64,000 bases of DNA from Desulfobacula sp. GTDB lineage: Bacteria > Desulfobacterota > Desulfobacteria > Desulfobacterales > Desulfobacteraceae. Under the pieces are notes generated by a model. It worked only from the letters and a program-made list of their open reading frames with translations, did no database searches and had not been told where the DNA came from. Positions 59,850 to 64,000 of this stretch are shown here, one piece after another. The first letter of the stretch is position 1; the number at the start of each line of letters is the position of its first letter. The translations under genes were made by a program, and so were the position numbers. Location: contig JANQML010000093.1 of the NCBI GenBank assembly GCA_028280105.1, positions 1,206-65,205 on the forward strand, written 5' to 3'.

Positions 59850-60827
59850 ATGAAACTGGAATCATACGATTATTACATAGTGGCAACATCCGGTGGAAAA
59901 GATTCAATTGCATGTATCCTCTATCTGCTTTCATCTGGCATCCCGGCTAAGAAAATCGAACTTTGGCACCATCTTGTTGATGGTCGCGAAGGGTCCACTC
60001 TGATGGACTGGCCCATTACTGAGGACTATATCAGAAAGTTCGCCAACGCCTTTAGTATAAAGCTTTTCTTTTCCTGGAAGCAAGGGGGTTTTGAACGAGA
60101 AATGCTAAGAGAAAACCAAAAGACTGCACCCACCATATTCCAGGCTCCAGACGATGATAACATCATTGAATGCTCATGCGGCGGTATCCGGGGGAAAGAA
60201 AACACCCGACGTAAGTTTCCACAGGTCACGGCGAACCTATCTCAAAGATGGTGTTCTGCATACTTGAAAATAGATGTCTGTACCGCTGCAATCAACAACC
60301 AGAAACGGTTTTTGAATAGGCGAACACTTGTCATTACAGGGGAACGGGCTGAGGAATCAGCGGCCAGGTCAAAATATAAAGTGTTCGAGCCAGACCGTTC
60401 AGACAATCGGAACGGGAAAAGAATCAAGCGGCACGTGGATCACTGGCGGCCGGTGCATCTTTGGGATGAAAAAGAGGTCTGGAAAATCATTGAGAAATTC
60501 AAGGTTAATCCTCATCCAGCTTATCGCCTGGGTTGGGGGCGGCTATCCTGCATTTCTTGTATTTTCGGAAGTAAAAACCAGTGGGCAACTTTGAACAAGA
60601 TTGCTCCAGGTCGGTTTCGACGCATCGGTGCCTATGAAAAAGAATTCGGGGTGACCATCCATCGGAGCAAGTCAGTATACGACCAGGTTGTCGAGGGGTC
60701 ACCTTATTCAGATCTGGACCCGTCCATTGTAAAGGAAGGCCTGGGAATAACTTTTAACAACGATATCATATTGAATAAGTGGGAACTCCCTGCCGGTGCT
60801 TTTGGCGAAAATGCAGGGCCTACCTGA
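59850..60827 (+). CDS. PAPS reductase/DndC-like PP-loop protein
   Basis: SGGKDS, RWCSAYLK, TGERAEESAAR, RPV..W, HPAY..GWGRLSCISC; no C-terminal ECGLH. Confidence 0.85.
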   Translation: MKLESYDYYIVATSGGKDSIACILYLLSSGIPAKKIELWHHLVDGREGSTLMDWPITEDYIRKFANAFSIKLFFSWKQGGFEREMLRENQKTAPTIFQAPDDDNIIECSCGGIRGKENTRRKFPQVTANLSQRWCSAYLKIDVCTAAINNQKRFLNRRTLVITGERAEESAARSKYKVFEPDRSDNRNGKRIKRHVDHWRPVHLWDEKEVWKIIEKFKVNPHPAYRLGWGRLSCISCIFGSKNQWATLNKIAPGRFRRIGAYEKEFGVTIHRSKSVYDQVVEGSPYSDLDPSIVKEGLGITFNNDIILNKWELPAGAFGENAGPT

Positions 60828-60894
60828 TTAAACTATATGATGTAAATACCTTCGCCAAACGGCGAATTTTAACCATAACAAAGGAGTTTATCAA

Positions 60895-61149
60895 ATGATC
60901 GCAATTATCACAGGAACCCTTGTAACAGCCAAGATCAAACAACCCAATGCCGGACAGGATTTCAAACCCCATCAGGCCATCGGTCTTCTCCAGATCGAAG
61001 ACGGAGAACCGGATCTGGTCAAAATCAAAGACATGGATTTAACCCGGACCTACAAACCCAACACCCCGGTTAAACTCAAATGCTCCATCAATCACTGGAG
61101 CAACAACAGCATGTCCGGCAACGCCATCAAAGTACTGGATGTCCTATGA
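60895..61149 (+). CDS. putative single-stranded DNA-binding protein (pV-like)
   Basis: 84 aa beta-rich ORF with strong AAGGAG RBS directly upstream of coat genes. Confidence 0.6.
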   Translation: MIAIITGTLVTAKIKQPNAGQDFKPHQAIGLLQIEDGEPDLVKIKDMDLTRTYKPNTPVKLKCSINHWSNNSMSGNAIKVLDVL

Positions 61150-61295
61150 TTGACGGCGAATCCCTAATCATCATCGAGTTTATCTCAGGTGTCGAAGGGG
61201 CTGACATGTTCAATTTCTTTTTCAGTCTCATATCAGCCGGCGGTTTTCTTTGCTTTATCCCCATCGCCATCATGAAACTGATTCAACGCGCATAA
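61146..61295 (+). CDS. minor coat protein (pVII-like)
   Basis: 49 aa MIDGES...FFFSLISAGGFLCFIPIAIMKLIQRA, single TM, ATGA overlap with previous stop. Confidence 0.6.
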   Translation: MIDGESLIIIEFISGVEGADMFNFFFSLISAGGFLCFIPIAIMKLIQRA

Positions 61296-61311
61296 GCTTT
61301 TGGGAGGAAAT

Positions 61312-61416
61312 ATGGGCGCTTTTATAACAGAAACCCTAATGATGAACGGCCTTATGGGCCTTGCAGGAATGATCATCCCTACCCTTTTCTGGTACGGGGT
61401 CATCCGCAACATTTAA
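61312..61416 (+). CDS. minor coat protein (pIX-like)
   Basis: Not in ORF track; 34 aa MGAFITETLMMNGLMGLAGMIIPTLFWYGVIRNI, GGGAGG RBS, single TM. Confidence 0.62.
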   Translation: MGAFITETLMMNGLMGLAGMIIPTLFWYGVIRNI

Positions 61417-61439
61417 CTTTTAAAAAAGGAAGGTAACAC

Positions 61440-61640
61440 ATGAAAAAAATCTTTAACGCATTACAACTGACAACCCTTGGTATTTTCGCAACTTTTATGG
61501 CATCACCTGCCCACGCAACCCTCGATACCAGCGGCGTAACCGTAGACACAGCTGCCTTTTACGCCATTGCAGCTCTTCTGCTCGGTGCCCTGATCGGATT
61601 CTGGGCGGTAAAACGGGGCCTTGGCCTGTTGGGCAGATAA
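61440..61640 (+). CDS. major coat protein (pVIII-like)
   Basis: Signal peptide ending AHA, 40 aa mature protein with acidic N-terminus, one TM helix and basic C-terminus (VKRGLGLLGR). Confidence 0.85.
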   Translation: MKKIFNALQLTTLGIFATFMASPAHATLDTSGVTVDTAAFYAIAALLLGALIGFWAVKRGLGLLGR

Positions 61641-61670
61641 ACCTTTAACTCCATATTTCTTCCTGAATCC

Positions 61671-61704
61671 AAAGGGTGGGTGAACAATTCACCTGCCCTT
61701 TTTT
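61671..61704 (+). terminator. intrinsic terminator after the major coat gene
   Basis: AAAGGGTGGGTGAA-CAA-TTCACCTGCCCTTTTTT; same position as the Ff central terminator. Confidence 0.8.
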
Positions 61705-61716
61705 AATAGGTGACTT

Positions 61717-63066
61717 ATGAAACAACTACTTTATTTTTTAATTGGTTTTTGCCTGTCAATAACGATTATAGCCTACTCCTATTCAGAATGCATTGACATT
61801 GAAAACGAACCCAACTCGCCATCTGAAAATTATCCGAATGCTGAATTGGGAGATTATCCTACCACCGATTTTGACAGCACACTTACAATAAAATCAGATA
61901 TTTTAAATTCATTGCTTGCTCAGGGCAAACATATTATTCACTCCTTACTGGTTATTCAAGGCGGTCCAAATCCCTCATACGGTTATGTTTATATTTCCTA
62001 TGCTGATTGTGATAACCGTGAACCGGACTGTGATAACCCACCAAGAAAAGATAGATATTTCCCTTGGTATGTTCAAGGCTCAGCCCCGGATGGAGGGGGA
62101 ATATGTGACAATCGTCAAGATAGAGACGGCGACGGTATCCCGGATGATGAAGATCTATACCCTGACGACCCCGCTCCGTTTAACGTTCAAATGATCTCCT
62201 ATCAAACGGCTGATGGAACAAACAACAGTGAACATGTCAGAGAGTGCTATCAGACCGATAGGGGTGATGTCTATTGTGTAGGTGCCGACTATGATCCGGA
62301 TAAACCCAATAACCTGCTTCAAAACGCCCCTTGGATACCTTACGAAGATTCCAACAGCTCTTCAGGCTCTCCATCTGGTCCGCCAACCGTTTCAAACCCG
62401 CCCGAAGTAAACCCCCCTGGTTCAGGGGAACAAAACGTTCAGGGCGGTGAACAAAGCACGGGCAGCGAAACCGATAACCAAGCCCTTAGGGGCGTAATGG
62501 ATAACACCGGTAAAACCGCCACCAATACAAGCCGAATGGTTGATTACATGAAAGAGATGACCAGGGCCATCGTAAATATGGACAGGAATATAACCCGTTT
62601 AGGCACCCCCGGTGGATCAGGATCAGGCGACGGATCAGGCGGTGGTGACGGCACCGGAGATGAACACTCCAACGACGACATCATAGAAAACGACAATCAA
62701 AATCTACAACAATTAAAACAAGATGCCCAAACCGGCTTGGGACAGATGGAAAACGCCGCAGAATACAACCCGTCAGACTTTGACGGCAATCTCGTTGAAG
62801 GCGTGGACTATGACGAAATCACCCCCCTTGAAGACGAGCCCTGGTTGACCACGTTCATATCAAACAATCCCTTGACCCAGGCGTTCAGCAACTCCGGGTT
62901 CAACACTTCCGGTTCCCGGTGTTCAGAAACAGTTGACCTTCAAGCCTGGGGCTTGGGTACTCACACCCTGAGCCTGTGTGAGTTTCAATCCGAATTCCAA
63001 ACCGCCGGTGTCCTGCTCCTATCTTTAACCTCTTTATCATCATTGATTTTAATCGTGAGGAGATAG
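61717..63066 (+). CDS. adsorption protein (pIII-like)
   Basis: Signal peptide, Cys-containing N-domains, Pro/Ser and Gly-rich linkers (PGGSGSGDGSGGGDGTG), C-terminal TM anchor ending IVRR. Confidence 0.82.
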   Translation: MKQLLYFLIGFCLSITIIAYSYSECIDIENEPNSPSENYPNAELGDYPTTDFDSTLTIKSDILNSLLAQGKHIIHSLLVIQGGPNPSYGYVYISYADCDNREPDCDNPPRKDRYFPWYVQGSAPDGGGICDNRQDRDGDGIPDDEDLYPDDPAPFNVQMISYQTADGTNNSEHVRECYQTDRGDVYCVGADYDPDKPNNLLQNAPWIPYEDSNSSSGSPSGPPTVSNPPEVNPPGSGEQNVQGGEQSTGSETDNQALRGVMDNTGKTATNTSRMVDYMKEMTRAIVNMDRNITRLGTPGGSGSGDGSGGGDGTGDEHSNDDIIENDNQNLQQLKQDAQTGLGQMENAAEYNPSDFDGNLVEGVDYDEITPLEDEPWLTTFISNNPLTQAFSNSGFNTSGSRCSETVDLQAWGLGTHTLSLCEFQSEFQTAGVLLLSLTSLSSLILIVRR

Positions 63067-63068
63067 CC

Positions 63069-63398
63069 ATGATACCAGTTGTTGACCTCACCCGGATTGT
63101 TGAATGGGTAAAAAACGTCGGTGCCGACATCATCAAATGGGTTGCCCTTCGCACCCTGTTATTGGCCATCGTCACCACCCTGGTTCCCATGGCCATCTAT
63201 CACGGGTGGCTGCTCATCCAGGAACAGCTGTTCACATTCCTGCAAGGGCAGATGTCCGGAGACCTCTGGTCCGGCACCATCATCCAGTTAACCGGCATCG
63301 GGGCATGGCTAGCTGAGCAACTCAAGTTCCAGGAGTCTTTTATGGTCCTTGCCTCTGCCCTCTCGTTCCGCTTTGTCTTGGGCTTTTTCAGGCGGTAA
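63069..63398 (+). CDS. minor coat protein (pVI-like)
   Basis: 109 aa hydrophobic protein directly after pIII-like gene, basic C-terminus. Confidence 0.75.
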   Translation: MIPVVDLTRIVEWVKNVGADIIKWVALRTLLLAIVTTLVPMAIYHGWLLIQEQLFTFLQGQMSGDLWSGTIIQLTGIGAWLAEQLKFQESFMVLASALSFRFVLGFFRR

Positions 63399-63537
63399 CC
63401 ATGACCCGGTTTAACAGCCAATTTAGGGCCTGTTTCGTGCCTGTTCCCATGATTACCCGCAACCGGCCAAAAGACTTGTTTTCCTTATTAGACAATCAAG
63501 ATGATTTCACCCCAACATAATAGACCATGGAGGTAAC

Positions 63538-63969
63538 TTGAAAAAATCAATCGAAAATCTAAAGGCCATCATCACGGACCGCATGACCCTTAAACGGGGA
63601 TCGGCCGAACCCATCATCATCCGAAGATACCCCAACAACATCATCAAGATCCATAACAAATCCGTATCCTGGAAGGTCCTGCAAGATCTCTTGATTAACG
63701 GTGAATACGATCTTCAAATCAAAGAGTCTCAAGTCAACCTGTTCGACCGGGACGAAAAGAAATGGGGCGGTTACCGTATTGCCCGTCCCGGTAAAAAGTT
63801 GGGCCGTAAACCGGTCAAGGACAAAAAAGTACCGGTCACCCTCTCCATCCGGCAATCCATCAAACAAAAGATGCTGGAAATCCTCGAATCCCAGGGCATC
63901 GACAAAAACCAGTTCTTTGAAAACTGCTTAAATCAGGCTTACGACACCATCACAGGGGAAAACGTTTGA
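63538..63969 (+). CDS. putative DNA-binding protein (GRKP motif + ribbon-helix-helix-like C-terminus)
   Basis: GGAGG RBS + TTG; GG.R..RPGKKLGRKPVKDKKVPVTLSIR followed by two helices. Confidence 0.6.
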   Translation: MKKSIENLKAIITDRMTLKRGSAEPIIIRRYPNNIIKIHNKSVSWKVLQDLLINGEYDLQIKESQVNLFDRDEKKWGGYRIARPGKKLGRKPVKDKKVPVTLSIRQSIKQKMLEILESQGIDKNQFFENCLNQAYDTITGENV

Positions 63970-64000
63970 TGTTCGCAAATATTTCAAAAAAACAGAATTT

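Larger units (their letters stand above)
58177..64000. mobile_element. integrated filamentous phage (inovirus-like), left portion
   Basis: att fragment, divergent HTH repressor, then ssb-size ORF, two tiny TM ORFs, signal-peptide coat protein, terminator, pIII-like and pVI-like genes in Ff/Pf order; pI/Rep/integrase not within window. Confidence 0.85.

Noticed and set aside
59850-60827. Auxiliary metabolic cysH for sulfate assimilation
   Set aside because: Lacks the ECG(L/I)H motif and the CC pair of APS/PAPS reductases.
60851-60866. TTCGCC-AAAC-GGCGAA hairpin as the phage replication origin
   Set aside because: A 6-bp stem alone is insufficient and no Rep gene is visible to relate it to.

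Overview
Chromosomal window of an anaerobic deltaproteobacterium, probably a sulfate-reducing Desulfobacteraceae member (inferred from gene content: selA, hemerythrin, CheD-HDOD, sigma-54 systems). It has three parts. (1) 1-23034: a minus-strand, carrier-protein-based biosynthetic gene cluster that runs off the left edge. It encodes four free ACPs, a PPTase, two adenylate-forming ligases, a BtrK/LysA-like decarboxylase, a KS0-ACP-GNAT polyketide-synthase-like protein, three cobalamin-dependent radical SAM enzymes, a complete HgdABC-type radical dehydratase/reductase with activator, an acyl-CoA dehydrogenase, an O-methyltransferase, a PP-loop ATPase, a GNAT and an amidohydrolase. It is bounded on the right by an internally deleted tRNA-Arg relic. 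(2) 23.7-58.1 kb: mostly housekeeping genes (glnS, ispF, tag, nnr, tsaE, lysC, pyrF, selA, gmhA, aroK), a GlrK/QseG/GlrR-like system followed by a sigma-54-driven FeeM-like N-acyl amino acid synthase, an RND pump and signalling proteins. (3) 58177-64000: the left part of a filamentous-phage (inovirus-like) prophage starting at a copy of the tmRNA 3' end. It carries a repressor, pV/pVII/pIX/pVIII/pIII/pVI-like genes and two unusual cargo genes, a PAPS-reductase/DndC-like PP-loop Fe-S protein and a tandem KilAC-like/nuclease protein. All calls come from reading motifs by eye; no database search was run.
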